A program made the translations under genes and the position numbers. Positions 33,677 to 44,564 of a stretch of 64,000 bases of DNA are shown piece by piece. The stretch is taken from contig CAWGMK010000006.1 of NCBI GenBank assembly GCA_963823655.1, positions 333,382 to 397,381 on the forward strand, written 5' to 3'. The notes beneath the pieces were generated by a model. The model saw only the letters and a list, made by a program, of their open reading frames with translations. It had not been told where the DNA came from and did no database searches. Every line of letters begins with the position of its first letter. Position 1 is the first letter of the stretch. The DNA comes from an uncultured Bacillota bacterium. Its GTDB lineage: Bacteria; Bacillota; DTU025; MWDF01.

Positions 33677-34807
33677 ATGAGCGTCGGACAGTTTCTGCAC
33701 ATTTTAAAGGCGCGGTTCCTGCTGATCTTGCTGACGATGATCGTCACGGTGGTCGTTGCAGCCGCATACAGCCTGCAGCAGCCGAATCGGTACCAGGCGA
33801 CCACGTTCCTGGTGCTCAATTTCGACGGCGGCAGTCCGTTCGAAAGCGCGGCACTGCCGGCACAGCTTTCGTCGACGTACCTCGCGACACAGATGGACAT
33901 CATCCGCAGCCAGAAAGTCGCGCTGGCGGTCGTCAATCGGCTGCGGCTGCACGAGGAGGCAGGCTGGAAAGCGGCGTATGCCGAATCGGCAAGAGCCATT
34001 CCGATCCGGCCTTGGATCGCCAGCCAGATCATGGAGAACGTGGAGGTCGAGCCGCTGCAGAACAGTCGCGTCGTGAGCCTCAGCTACGAGGCCCTCGAGC
34101 CGGCCGAATCTGCGCGACTCGCAAATGCCTACGCGCACGGGTACATCGCGACCACGCTCGAACTGATGCGGGGTCCGGCGCAGCGCAACGCAGCATGGTT
34201 CGACCGACAGGTAAAGGCGCTGCGCGAGCGACTGGAGACGGCGCGTGGCCGGATGTCCGAACTGCAGGAGGAGAAGGGAATCGTCGCGTTGGAGGAACGG
34301 CTGAGTGCGGAAACCGCACGGCTCGACGACATCTCCCGGAACCTCGTTCAGGCGCAGATGGAAGTCTCGGCGGCACGTGCCAGGCAGCTCGGCCAGAACC
34401 ATCCCGAATACCAGGCGGCGCTGCAGCGGGAGCGAGCGTTGCTCGGCGCGATGGACGTGCAGAAGCGCAACATCCAGCAACTGCAGAGCCGTCGCGACGA
34501 AATCGACACGATGGCGCGTGAGGTCGAGTCCGAGCAGAAGAATTATGACGCGACGCTGCAGAGCTACCTGCAGACCGCGATGCAGAGCCAGTTCAACCAG
34601 ACCAACATCGCCATCCTGAGCCCCGCGCTCCCGCCCGCCGAGCCGTCCAGCCCCAACCTTCCGCTCAATCTCGTGAGCGCCGCGCTCCTGGGACTGTTTC
34701 TGGGTGGGCTGGCAGCGGCCGTAGCAGAGTTGATGAATCCGCGCGTCCAGGAGGAGCCACCCCGGACTCGACCGCGGTATGCGCGTGAGCCGATGCTGGA
34801 GGCCTGA
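33677..34807 (+). CDS. Chain-length determinant / polysaccharide co-polymerase (EpsF-like)
   Basis: Two TM helices around a coiled coil, YLATQMDIIRS, P..PSSP. Confidence 0.85.
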   Translation: MSVGQFLHILKARFLLILLTMIVTVVVAAAYSLQQPNRYQATTFLVLNFDGGSPFESAALPAQLSSTYLATQMDIIRSQKVALAVVNRLRLHEEAGWKAAYAESARAIPIRPWIASQIMENVEVEPLQNSRVVSLSYEALEPAESARLANAYAHGYIATTLELMRGPAQRNAAWFDRQVKALRERLETARGRMSELQEEKGIVALEERLSAETARLDDISRNLVQAQMEVSAARARQLGQNHPEYQAALQRERALLGAMDVQKRNIQQLQSRRDEIDTMAREVESEQKNYDATLQSYLQTAMQSQFNQTNIAILSPALPPAEPSSPNLPLNLVSAALLGLFLGGLAAAVAELMNPRVQEEPPRTRPRYAREPMLEA

Positions 34808-34834
34808 CAGACAGGCGATGCGGACCAGACAGGG

Positions 34835-35923
34835 ATGTCAGTGGAAAAGCGCAAGTTCATCTTCATCACGGGCGCCTCGCGCTCCGGTACGACCCTGCTC
34901 AGCTTCATGCTGCGTCGGCATCCGGCCGTCTTCGGCCTGAAAGAGCTGCAGTTCTTTGGGAATGCCTGGGATCCCTGTGACACGGACCGGCGCTTCACTC
35001 GGAGCGAGGCCGTGGACGCAGTCGCGACCATGCTGGCCTACCAGGAGCACGGCGTGGTCCATGAGATTCCGCACCGGCATCGGCGCGATGCCGAGCGTTT
35101 CGTCGGCGCCCTGCCCGACGGCGGCGCGGACCCGGCGTGCCTCTTTGCCACGCTGGCGCACGGCTTCGCACAGGCAGCGGGCAAGCCGATTCCGTGCGAG
35201 CAGACGCCGCGCTACATCTTTTACGCCCGCGCCTTGCTGGAAATTTACCCGGACGCCCGGATCGTGCACCTGGTGCGCGATCCGCGTGCCGTGATGGCGT
35301 CGCAGAAGATGCGTTGGCGGCGCCGGCAGCTGGCGCCCGCCGGGGCGCGCGTATCGCTTTACGACTCGTTGCGAGTCTGGGTGAATTACCACCCGTATAC
35401 CGTCGCTCGATTGTGGTCGCGTGCAACGGCAGCCGCGCTCGCGCTGATCGAGCATCCGCGCGTCACGCTCCTGCGCTTCGAGGACTTGCTGCGAGAGCCG
35501 GATGCGACCGTGCGTCAGCTGTGCGCCCGGCTCGAGATCGAGTACGACGCGCACATGCTCGAGGTAGGGCAGGTCAACTCATCGCACCAGTCGACGGCAG
35601 CCGGCGGGCGCAAGGGCCTGCGAGTCGAAGCGATCGACAAATGGCGCGACGTCCTGACGCGCACTGAGGTTCACATCATGGACCGCTCCTGCGCCGAGCT
35701 GATGCAGCACTTCGGTTACGAGCCGTTGGTGCAGGGTGCGGTGCCGCTGTGGGGCAAGGCCGGATACGGCATCAGCTATCTCGCGCACCTGGGCGGCGTG
35801 CTGCTGGTCAATCCTAGTCGCGCCTACGTGCAGGGCCGCGCGCTGATGAGTTCGGGGCACAGGTCCGGGGCTGCGAGTCGCGCGGCGCGTGACGCGGCCG
35901 CCCGCGGGCAGATCGTCGAGTAG
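34835..35923 (+). CDS. Sulfotransferase 1
   Basis: GASRSGTT (5'-PSB loop), HLVRDPRAVMAS (3'-PB), RFEDL. Confidence 0.9.
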   Translation: MSVEKRKFIFITGASRSGTTLLSFMLRRHPAVFGLKELQFFGNAWDPCDTDRRFTRSEAVDAVATMLAYQEHGVVHEIPHRHRRDAERFVGALPDGGADPACLFATLAHGFAQAAGKPIPCEQTPRYIFYARALLEIYPDARIVHLVRDPRAVMASQKMRWRRRQLAPAGARVSLYDSLRVWVNYHPYTVARLWSRATAAALALIEHPRVTLLRFEDLLREPDATVRQLCARLEIEYDAHMLEVGQVNSSHQSTAAGGRKGLRVEAIDKWRDVLTRTEVHIMDRSCAELMQHFGYEPLVQGAVPLWGKAGYGISYLAHLGGVLLVNPSRAYVQGRALMSSGHRSGAASRAARDAAARGQIVE

Positions 35924-35928
35924 ATGCG

Positions 35929-36705
35929 ATGAACCGACCCACTGACCTGCAGGAACTCTTCGGCTTGCGTTTCTGGGATGCAGACCTGGAGACCGTCGCC
36001 CGGTTCCTGGTGCAGCGGGCCGCGGCGAACGAGCGGTTCCAAGGCTTCTTCGTCAACGCCCACTGCATCAACGTGGCCGCGCGCGACGAAGACTACGCGC
36101 GGCTGCTATCGGAGGCGCCTTTCCTGTTCGCCGACGGCGTGGGGATGGCGCTGGCCGCCCGCATGCATGGGAAGCGACTGGTCCACAACGTCAACGGAAC
36201 GGACCTGTTTCCGCGCCTGTGCGCGGCGGCCGCTGCGGCGGGCGTGTCCATCGCGCTGCTGGGGGCCCAACCCGGCATCGCCGAGCTGTGCGCCAGCAGG
36301 ATGCAGTTGGCCGAACCCGGTTTGCGCGTAGCCTGGACCGGGCACGGCTTTCACACGGCGGGTGCCGAGGCGCTGCAGTTGCGTCGTCTGAACGAATCCG
36401 GCGCTCGAATCCTGCTGATCGCCAAGGGCGTTCCAGCCCAGGAGCACTGGATCGTGCAGCATGCCGACCAGGTCGTCGCGCCCGTCATGCTCGGTGTCGG
36501 TGCGCTGTTCGACTTCTACTCGGGTGCGATACCCCGTGCGCCCCGCATGGTGCGTCGCGTGCAGGCAGAGTGGGTGTACAGGCTCTTGCACGAGCCGCGC
36601 CGCCTGTCGCGCCGCTACCTGCTGGGCAATCCCGCGTTCATCTGTCGCACCGTGTCGTGGCGGGCGTCGGGGCGACGGATCGGCGCGCCCGGGAGCGGAC
36701 GATGA
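35929..36705 (+). CDS. WecB/TagA/CpsF (GT26) glycosyltransferase
   Basis: FVNAH, ADGVG, NGTDL, GVPAQE, GVGALFDF..RAP, EPRRL.RRY. Confidence 0.92.
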   Translation: MNRPTDLQELFGLRFWDADLETVARFLVQRAAANERFQGFFVNAHCINVAARDEDYARLLSEAPFLFADGVGMALAARMHGKRLVHNVNGTDLFPRLCAAAAAAGVSIALLGAQPGIAELCASRMQLAEPGLRVAWTGHGFHTAGAEALQLRRLNESGARILLIAKGVPAQEHWIVQHADQVVAPVMLGVGALFDFYSGAIPRAPRMVRRVQAEWVYRLLHEPRRLSRRYLLGNPAFICRTVSWRASGRRIGAPGSGR

Positions 36706-37646
36706 ACCGCCGCAGTCGACTGCCGGATTTCATCATCGGCGGCACCGAAAAAGCGGGCACGACTTCGGTGTTCGATTGGCTCGCCACGCATCCCGCAGGT
36801 AGGCACGTCGTCGGCACAAGGAAACCGACTTTTTCAGCGGAACACTTCACGGGCGACCTGGCGCTCGATGCCCGGCGTTATGCGGCGTGCTTCGATCCGC
36901 GCACGTCGCGGGCGCAGGTGCTGATGGAAGCCTCTCCCGGCTACCTGGGCGAGGCGCGCGTGGTGGCGCCGCGGATGGCCGAACTGGTGCCGAACGTGCG
37001 GTTGCTGTTCATCCTGCGCGATCCCGTGGTGCGCTTTCAGTCGTCGTACGAGTTCCATCGCGGGCGTCTGAATCTGCCGCGCGAGATGAGTCTCGCCGAT
37101 TACCTTGAGCGCTGCCTCGCGTTCGATCGAGGGCAGGCCAGCGCGCAGCAACTGGGGCTCGACGAGTGGTACCTCAAGGTCCTGCGCTTCGGCTGCTACG
37201 CCGAATTGATCGACGTATATCGCGCGGCGCTCCCCGCAGCGGAAATCCAGCTCATGTTCTTCGAGGACCTGCGCGAGGATCCGCGCGGGTTCATGACCGA
37301 GCTCAGCGCGTTTCTTCGCATCGACGCCGGGCATTGGTCGGCGTTCCGCTTTCGACCGAGCAATGCGACGTTCGCGGGACGCAACGAATGGCTGCATCGA
37401 CTGGCATTGCGCACCAATGCCGCACTGGAGCCATTGTTGCGACGAACGCCGCTGGTGAAGCGTTCGGTCCTGAGCGTGTACAAGGCGGTGAACCAATCGA
37501 CCGCCGGGCACGGACCGTTGTCGGCCGAGGTGCGCAGCCAGCTCGAAGACTATTACCGACCCTCGTTGCAGGCGCTGCGTCGGCAATTGGCGCGCGACTT
37601 GCCTGAGGCATGGCTGCGTCGGCATGCCGGGCGGATGGCCGCATGA
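36702..37646 (+). CDS. Sulfotransferase 2 (KxGTT type)
   Basis: PDFIIGGTEKAGTTS, EASPGY, ILRDPVVRFQS. Confidence 0.88.
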   Translation: MNRRSRLPDFIIGGTEKAGTTSVFDWLATHPAGRHVVGTRKPTFSAEHFTGDLALDARRYAACFDPRTSRAQVLMEASPGYLGEARVVAPRMAELVPNVRLLFILRDPVVRFQSSYEFHRGRLNLPREMSLADYLERCLAFDRGQASAQQLGLDEWYLKVLRFGCYAELIDVYRAALPAAEIQLMFFEDLREDPRGFMTELSAFLRIDAGHWSAFRFRPSNATFAGRNEWLHRLALRTNAALEPLLRRTPLVKRSVLSVYKAVNQSTAGHGPLSAEVRSQLEDYYRPSLQALRRQLARDLPEAWLRRHAGRMAA

Positions 37647-38566
37647 ACGCGCTGCGTGGTTCGCCGCCCGCGATGCGACACCTCGAACGTGGCGTTCCTG
37701 GTGGGCGCGGGGCGTTCCGGCACGACGCTGCTGTACAAGCTGCTGTGCCTTCACCCGCGGGTGGCCTACATCAGTAACTTCGAGAACCGTTGGGCCCGGT
37801 TCCCCCAGGACTTGCCGCGCGGCTGGTGGCGTCAGGATTCCGGCCAAGCGCGCGACCTGGTTCCGGCAGGGCGGCAACGCCTATTTCATCAAGCGACCCT
37901 TGCTGAAGAAAGCCTTCCCCACGCCGCACGAGGGCGAGGCGATCTTTGCCCGCTGCGGACTGCCGCTGACACCTGGAGCCGGAAGAAGTGCCCACGCTCG
38001 AGACGGCGCGCCGCCTGCGGCGCAACTTTGAGCGCATGCGCCGCGGCGCCGGCGCGCAGGTCATGCTGTGCAAGCGCACGGCGAACAACCGCCGGATCCG
38101 GCAGCTCGATGCCATCTTTCCTGCGGCCCGCTATGTGCACATCGTGCGCGACGGCCGCGAAGTGACGCAGTCGCTCGCCACCGTGGAGTGGTGGGACGAG
38201 CACACGGTCTGGTGGGATGGGCGCAAGGCGCGCGAGATAGAGCAGGCGGGCGAAGACCGACTGGCGCTCTGCGCACGCAACTGGGTGCGGGAAGTGCAGG
38301 AACTCGAGCGCCAGCTCGACCGCATTCCAGCCGAGCGGCGGCTGGACCTGCGCTTCGAGCAATTGCTGGACGATCCGCTGGGGCAACTCGAGCGCATCGT
38401 GCGCTTCCTCGGGCTGGAATGGCTGCCTTCGTACCGGGACGCGATCGAATCGTTGCGCCTGCGACCCGTCGACTCGCCGTGGCGGCGCGCCTGGACGGCG
38501 GACCAGCTCGCGAAGGTCTTGCAAGAGGCGCGACCCACGCTGAGCGCGCTGGGGTACGCCGCATGA
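37643..38566 (+). CDS. Sulfotransferase 3 (frameshifted)
   Basis: LVGAGRSGTT, HIVRDGREVTQS, RFEQL. Confidence 0.85.
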
Positions 38567-39441
38567 GCTTTCTCATGAACAGCGTTCGCCCCGATCGTCC
38601 CACTTACGTGGGAGTGGGCGCGCAGAAGTGCGCCTCGACGTGGCTGCACCGCATCCTCGCGCCAGCACCCGCAAGTCGCGGTTCCGGCGTGAAAGAAGTG
38701 GACTTCTTTTCCTATCGCTACGATCGCGGCTACCAGTGGTACGAAAGCTGCTTCCCGCCGCGGCAGGAGCAGCATCGAGCGTCCGGCGAGATTTCGCCAT
38801 CGTACTTCTGCGACCCGTGCGTGCCCGAGCGCGTCGCCCGTTACGCACCCGAGGCTCGCATCATCCTTTCGCTGCGCGACCCCGTGGAACGCGCGCTGTC
38901 GAACCATCGGCACGAGGTCCGGGCGGGGCACCTGACGGGCAGCGATCTCAGCTTCGAACGCGGCCTCGCCAACAATCCGATGTACGTGGAGCAGGGTCTC
39001 TACGCAAAGCACTTGCGCGGGTGGTTGCGATACTTTTCGCAGGAGCAGGTGCTGGTCGTCCTCATGGACGACGTGGCAGCAGATCCCGCGTCCGTCACCC
39101 GTCGCGTTTATCGCTTCCTCGGCATCGACGAGTCGTTCGAGCCTGAGGAAATGCGGGGCCGTTTCAACCGCAGTTATGCGACTCGCTCGCAATCAGTGGC
39201 GGAGCTCAAGGACAGCGTCTACACGCTGAGCCGCACCCTGGGCCTGCGCTGGGCGTGGCAGCTCGCGGCGGTGCTGGGCGCGCGAGCGCTGTATCGCGGC
39301 ATCAATACGACGCCGAGCGAGGCGGTGATTCCACCGCCGAAAGCGGAAACCATCGCCGAGCTGCGGCGCACATTCGAGCCAGACCTGGTCGAACTCGAGG
39401 CGTTGTTGGGCAGGCCGCTCGCATCATGGCGGGTTCATTGA
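38563..39441 (+). CDS. Sulfotransferase 4 (KxxST type)
   Basis: GVGAQKCASTW, KEVDFF, GEISPSY, LRDPVERALS. Confidence 0.88.
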   Translation: MSFLMNSVRPDRPTYVGVGAQKCASTWLHRILAPAPASRGSGVKEVDFFSYRYDRGYQWYESCFPPRQEQHRASGEISPSYFCDPCVPERVARYAPEARIILSLRDPVERALSNHRHEVRAGHLTGSDLSFERGLANNPMYVEQGLYAKHLRGWLRYFSQEQVLVVLMDDVAADPASVTRRVYRFLGIDESFEPEEMRGRFNRSYATRSQSVAELKDSVYTLSRTLGLRWAWQLAAVLGARALYRGINTTPSEAVIPPPKAETIAELRRTFEPDLVELEALLGRPLASWRVH

Positions 39442-40937
39442 TGCAAGACGCGCGCACGACGCCTTGGATTGCACTCGGCGCTGCTGTCGCCCTGGGGGTG
39501 GCCGGCGGCCTGATCGGCGCAAGCGGCCGCCCCGAGGTGACCGCGATCGTACTGGGCCTGGTCGTCGCAGCGCTGGTCGTTTCCTCGCGCGGGGCGTTGT
39601 TCTGGTTCGTCGTGATCGGTGCGCTTGTCGTCACGGGTGTCGCGCAGCTGTACCTGCCCGGGTCGCGCCTGTTGCGATACGTCGTGCCCGCGGCGTCACT
39701 GGGATTCCTGCTGCACTGGCTGGGCGATGCGCTCGCGCACAAGGGCGAGACAACCTGGTTGCCGCCGCCGTTGGTCTGGGCGGGGGGATTGCTGGCGGTG
39801 GCGATCGTTTCGACTTTCATCAATCTCGTGGAGCCGGCGGTTGCGCTGGTCGGGCTCAAGAACTACTTCCAGATGTGGGTCTTTTTCCTCGCGCTTGTTT
39901 TCCTGCGCTGGAGCACCCGCCTGCCGCGGCGCCTGTATGTGGGCCTGCTGCTGATCGGACTGTTGCAACTGCCTTTCGCGGCGCACGAGTACTTCGTGTT
40001 GGCGCCAAGGCTGGTCGGCCTGGGTGGCGGCATCGTCCCGGCCGACATCGTGGCGGGCACGTTCGGTGCGCTCCCTAACGGCGGCGGAGCGAACGCGGTG
40101 CTTGCCGCTTTCCAGGTCATTCTTGCGGGTCTCCTGCTTGCGATGTGGAAACACGGCCGCCTGTCGGCCTTCACCGCGGTGGCGCTGGCGCTGTTGCTGC
40201 TCACTCCGTTGCTGGTGAACCAGGCGAAGATCGTGGTGTTGTATCTGCTGCTGATGTTCGTGGTGGTGTTCCGTCGCGACATACTGCGACACCCGGGCAA
40301 GTTCTTCGCGGCGGCTATGGGGCTCGCAGGGCTCGTGGCGATCTTCATGACCGCCCTGATGCTGACGCACCCGTCAGGCCGACTCTCGAGCTGGGGCGAA
40401 GTGGTCGGAACGGTCATTGCGCGCCAGACCGCTTCCATCGACGAGCGACGCGGGCAGTACGCCGAGCTCAGTCGACTGTCTGCGATCACGTTCTGGGCAC
40501 AGGAGCATGTGCGCGCCAACCCCGTGCAGACGCTGCTCGGTCACGGGCCCGGCGCATCGCGCGAACCCGAAGGCGGCGTCGGCGTCACCGGCACGCTCGC
40601 GCAGCGCCAGTACCGCGGCTTGCGCATCGGGTACACCGCGATTTCGGCCGTGCTGTGGGAAGTCGGTATCGTGGGATTGGTCACCGTGATGGGCATGTTC
40701 TTCTCGGCCTTCGCGACCGCCGGACGACTCGCACGACACTACCGTGACAGCAACGCCTTCAAGTCCGCGCTCTTCGACGGCCTGCAGGCAGCCATCGCCG
40801 TGCTCACGTTGAGCCTCGCGCACAAAGACTTCTTCGTCGTCCATCTCCCGTACCAGGCGCTGGTGTACCTGGTGATCGGCTACGTCGCCCATGCCTGGCT
40901 CCAGCTCAAGCGGGAGGAGGCGGCGTCGCATGCGTAA
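39441..40937 (+). CDS. Multi-pass membrane protein, probable Wzy polymerase / O-antigen-ligase-like
   Basis: About 12 hydrophobic segments, LLGHGPG loop, LWEVGIVGL. Confidence 0.7.
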   Translation: MQDARTTPWIALGAAVALGVAGGLIGASGRPEVTAIVLGLVVAALVVSSRGALFWFVVIGALVVTGVAQLYLPGSRLLRYVVPAASLGFLLHWLGDALAHKGETTWLPPPLVWAGGLLAVAIVSTFINLVEPAVALVGLKNYFQMWVFFLALVFLRWSTRLPRRLYVGLLLIGLLQLPFAAHEYFVLAPRLVGLGGGIVPADIVAGTFGALPNGGGANAVLAAFQVILAGLLLAMWKHGRLSAFTAVALALLLLTPLLVNQAKIVVLYLLLMFVVVFRRDILRHPGKFFAAAMGLAGLVAIFMTALMLTHPSGRLSSWGEVVGTVIARQTASIDERRGQYAELSRLSAITFWAQEHVRANPVQTLLGHGPGASREPEGGVGVTGTLAQRQYRGLRIGYTAISAVLWEVGIVGLVTVMGMFFSAFATAGRLARHYRDSNAFKSALFDGLQAAIAVLTLSLAHKDFFVVHLPYQALVYLVIGYVAHAWLQLKREEAASHA

Positions 40938-42451
40938 CGAGGTCTACAGCATCGGTCGCTTTCGCACGGCGCTGCTGCAGCTGGTCTGTGGCCGCATGGC
41001 ACAGGCGGGTGCGCGCATGGTGCTCGTGCTCGCCCTGGTACGTGTGCTCACGATCGAGGAATTTGGCGCCTACATGCTGATCGTAGGCACGGCCGAGCTA
41101 CTGTTGCAGGTGGGCTCGTGCGGCATCCTGCCGCTGGCGCAGCGCTATATTCCACAGCTCCTGCCCGTGATGCCGACGCGCAAGATGCAGCGCTTCATCG
41201 TGGGGCTCGTGGTCATGCAGGTGACTGTGCTGGCGCTCGCGGCGCTGCTCATCGGGCATTACTGGGCCGCGCTGACCCCACTGTTCGGCATGAGCGAAGC
41301 GCAAGTGGCAGCGACGAGTTTCGCGGCCTGGTTGTTCCTGGTCGTGCCGGTATTTCGCTTTTCCGCGGAATTGATGGAGACGATGCTGGGTTTCGGGCAG
41401 GCCGCCCGTGCCTTCATGGTGTTCGTGCGGGCGGGCACCGTGCTGGTCCTGATCGTCGTCAAGCCGAAGGTGGAGCTGACCGACGTGCTGCTCGCCGACC
41501 TGGTAGTCACGTCGATCTGCGCGCTGGCGCTGCTGATCCGGATCCATCGCAACGTCGCGCGACTCGCCAGCACCGCCGGCAGCGGCGAATTCCCGGTCAC
41601 CGAGATGGCGCGCTTCACGCGTCACATGGCGCTCGTTGGCCTGCTGGGCGGCACGTCCAATCCTGGCGCCCTGCGGCTGGTGCTGGCCAACGGCATCGGG
41701 TTGGCGGAATCGGGACTGTTCGCATTCCTGCAAAGCCTGGAACGCCTGGTGAGTCGCTACCTGCCCGCCACGCTGCTTGCGCAACCTGATCCGTCCGGTG
41801 CTGATTTCGCGGTACATCGGGCACGGCAACACCGATCTGCTCAAGGCCGGCACCGGCCTGCTGCTCAAGAGCAATCTCCTTGCCGTGATGGGTGGCATCG
41901 TCGTAATCGCGGTATGCGGCGACGAGATCGTGCGCATCCTGAGCGGCGGCAAGTTCGTCGGCGCGGGCCTGACGCTGCTGCTGCTGTACGTGAACATGAT
42001 CGCCACTTCGCAGCGCGGGGTGCAGGAGATGGTCATGCAGATCACGGGACAGACGCGCGCCCTGTGGTTGACCACCCTCGTGAGCCCGGTGGCGCTGTTG
42101 CTGGTGTGGCTCGTGTCGGGACATGGACTCAATTTCGCCGTCCTCGTCATCACGGCGGGCAGCCTCCTTTCGAACTCACTGGCCACGGGCGTGCTGCAGG
42201 CACGCACCGACTGGTTCCGGGTCGACTGGCGAGGCGTCCTGGCCATCGGCGTGGCCGGTGCACTGGCTGCAGGGCTCGGCATCGCGGCCCGGACCGAAAT
42301 TCCAGCACTGATCGCAGGAGCGCTCGCGTTCGGCGCGTTCATCCTGTTCGTGCGCATCGGGCGGCCTTTCAGCGCGTGCGAGATCGGTGCGGTCGAGCGC
42401 GTGGTCGGCAAGCGTGCGATGACCCTGTTGCGAGGCTTTGCGGTCGGATGA
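40930..42451 (+). CDS. Wzx-like flippase (frameshift near 41780)
   Basis: LVRVL.IEEFGAY N-terminus, many TM segments, LSGGKF.GA. Confidence 0.78.
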
Positions 42452-43563
42452 AAGACTCCAGCACCACCAAGGTCCTGCACCTGATCAACGGCGAGTTTTA
42501 TGCCGGGGCGGAGCGTGTGCAGGACCTGCTCGCGCTGCGGCTCGGCAGCTTCGGCTTCGACGTCGAATTCGCGTGCCTCAAGGAAGGCATCTTTGCGCAG
42601 AAGCGCCTTGCGCAGGAGGCCACGGTGCACGAGGCGACCATGGGTTCGCGTGCAGACCTGCGGCTGTGCTCGCAGCTCGGCCGCCTGGTGCGCACCGGGG
42701 CCGTCAAGGTGATTCACACCCACACCCCGCGCACGGCGCTGCTGGGGGGCATCGTCGCGAGGCGAACGGGCGTACCCATGGTGCATCACGTGCACAGCCC
42801 GACCGGCAAGGACACGGAAAGCGGCATGCGCAACGTCCGCAACAGCCTGGTAGAGCGCTTGAGCCTCTACGGCGCGCAGCGGCTGATCGCAGTGTCCGGC
42901 AGCCTCGAACAGAACCTGCTGGCTCGCGGATATCGGCCGGGGCGAGTGCGTCGGGTCGCCAATGGCGTGCCAGTCGGGGAGCGGTTGCGGCGCGCGTTCA
43001 CGGTCGGTGGACCGCTCACGCTCGGCATGGTGGCGCTGTTCCGGCCGCGCAAGGGGGTCGAGGTCCTGCTCGACGCGATGGCGCTGCTGCGACGCGCGGA
43101 CGTGGATGTGCGCCTGCACGCGGTCGGGCCATTCGAGTCCACAGCGTACGAAGACTCCGTCAAGCAACGGGTCGCCAGGCTCGGTCTTGCCGAGCAGATC
43201 GTCTGGACCGGGTTTCGCTCCGACATCGCTGCCGAATTCAGTCACATGCATGTCTTCGTCCTGCCGAGCCTGTTCGGCGAGGGCATGCCTATGGTGGTGC
43301 TGGAGGCCATGGCGGCCGGGCTGCCCGTCGTCAGCACGAACGTGGAGGGCATTCCCGAAGTTGTCCGTGACGGCCGTGACGGCATCGTGGTCGATGCAGC
43401 GGATGCACAGGCCCTGGCGGACGCCATCGCGCGGTTTGCGCGGGGGGACGCAAGCGCATCCGAAATGGGCGACAGCGGCTGGCACCGGCAAAGGGAGAGT
43501 TTCTCCGACATTGCGATGGCGGCCAGTGTTGCCACCATTTACCAGGAGGTCCTGAACTCGTGA
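42448..43563 (+). CDS. GT4 glycosyltransferase
   Basis: GAER, IHTH, RKG, FVLPS..EGMPMVVLEAMAAGLPVV. Confidence 0.92.
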   Translation: MKDSSTTKVLHLINGEFYAGAERVQDLLALRLGSFGFDVEFACLKEGIFAQKRLAQEATVHEATMGSRADLRLCSQLGRLVRTGAVKVIHTHTPRTALLGGIVARRTGVPMVHHVHSPTGKDTESGMRNVRNSLVERLSLYGAQRLIAVSGSLEQNLLARGYRPGRVRRVANGVPVGERLRRAFTVGGPLTLGMVALFRPRKGVEVLLDAMALLRRADVDVRLHAVGPFESTAYEDSVKQRVARLGLAEQIVWTGFRSDIAAEFSHMHVFVLPSLFGEGMPMVVLEAMAAGLPVVSTNVEGIPEVVRDGRDGIVVDAADAQALADAIARFARGDASASEMGDSGWHRQRESFSDIAMAASVATIYQEVLNS

Positions 43564-44564
43564 TGCCCATTCGCAACTGGTACGAGCCCGTGTTCGTCGT
43601 CGGCATGAACGGCTCCGGCACGACCATGCTGCTCGACTGCCTCGGCCGTCATCCGCAGTTGTTCGCGTTTCCGCGCGAGACGCGACTGATTCCTTACCTG
43701 ATGGCGCGCGAAGCGAGTTACGGCGACCTCGACGTGGACGAGAGCTTCCTGCGTCTCTGGAACGACGTGCGCAACCTCGCGGTCTTCCGCGAGGCCAACG
43801 GCAATGTCGCTGTGCCCCTGCCCGCGGACTGGCGCAGCTACCCGCGTCGGTTGGCAGCGGTGCTCGACGCCGTCTTCCGCCATTTCGCCGCGGCACAGGG
43901 CAAGCAGCGCTGGTGCGAGAAAACGCCCCAGCATGTGCAGCACCTGCAGGCGCTGGCGGCGAACTTTCCGGGTGCGCGCTTCGTGCATGTCATCCGCGAC
44001 GGGCGCGATTGCGCCGTGTCGTTCAACCGGCGCTGGAAGCGGCAGCCCGAGCTCACGGTCTTTCGCTGGAAAAAAGTCGTGACGATGGGTCGCGAGCAGG
44101 GACGCCGGCTCGGCGCCCATCGCTACCTCGAAGTTCGCTATGAAGACCTGACCGCGGCCCCAGAGCAGTCGCTGCGCCGCATCTGTCACTTCATCGGACT
44201 GCCGTTCGACCCCGCCGTGCTCGATTCGGCCCAGCCCTACCTGCAATCCAAGGCGCACAACCCGCAACGCGGCCTGCAACGCAACTCGGGCAAATGGCGC
44301 ACGTACTTCTCGCCGCAGTCGCTCGATTCGCTCGAGCGCATCGCGGGCCGCACGCTCGCGAGCTGCGGCTACGACACGCGCTTTCCGGACGCCGACACGG
44401 ACCTTGCGGCCTGGCGCCGCAAATACTGGGCTGCCCGTGAGACCCTCCGCGAGTACTCGCGCGAGATCTGGCGCAAGGCGACGGGCGAACTGGAGCGGCC
44501 CTGGCGCGTGATCCTGGTCAAGCCCGTCAATGCGCTGCGACATCGCCAGCACAACGTGTACTGA
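43563..44564 (+). CDS. Sulfotransferase 5
   Basis: VVGMNGSGTT, WCEKTP, HVIRDGRDCAVS, RYEDL. Confidence 0.9.
   Translation: MPIRNWYEPVFVVGMNGSGTTMLLDCLGRHPQLFAFPRETRLIPYLMAREASYGDLDVDESFLRLWNDVRNLAVFREANGNVAVPLPADWRSYPRRLAAVLDAVFRHFAAAQGKQRWCEKTPQHVQHLQALAANFPGARFVHVIRDGRDCAVSFNRRWKRQPELTVFRWKKVVTMGREQGRRLGAHRYLEVRYEDLTAAPEQSLRRICHFIGLPFDPAVLDSAQPYLQSKAHNPQRGLQRNSGKWRTYFSPQSLDSLERIAGRTLASCGYDTRFPDADTDLAAWRRKYWAARETLREYSREIWRKATGELERPWRVILVKPVNALRHRQHNVY

Noticed and set aside
40891-43563. 890-aa flippase-GT4 fusion ORF
   Set aside because: Produced by an indel near 41780; the flippase continues in ORF 41777-42451 and GT4 has its own ATG at 42448
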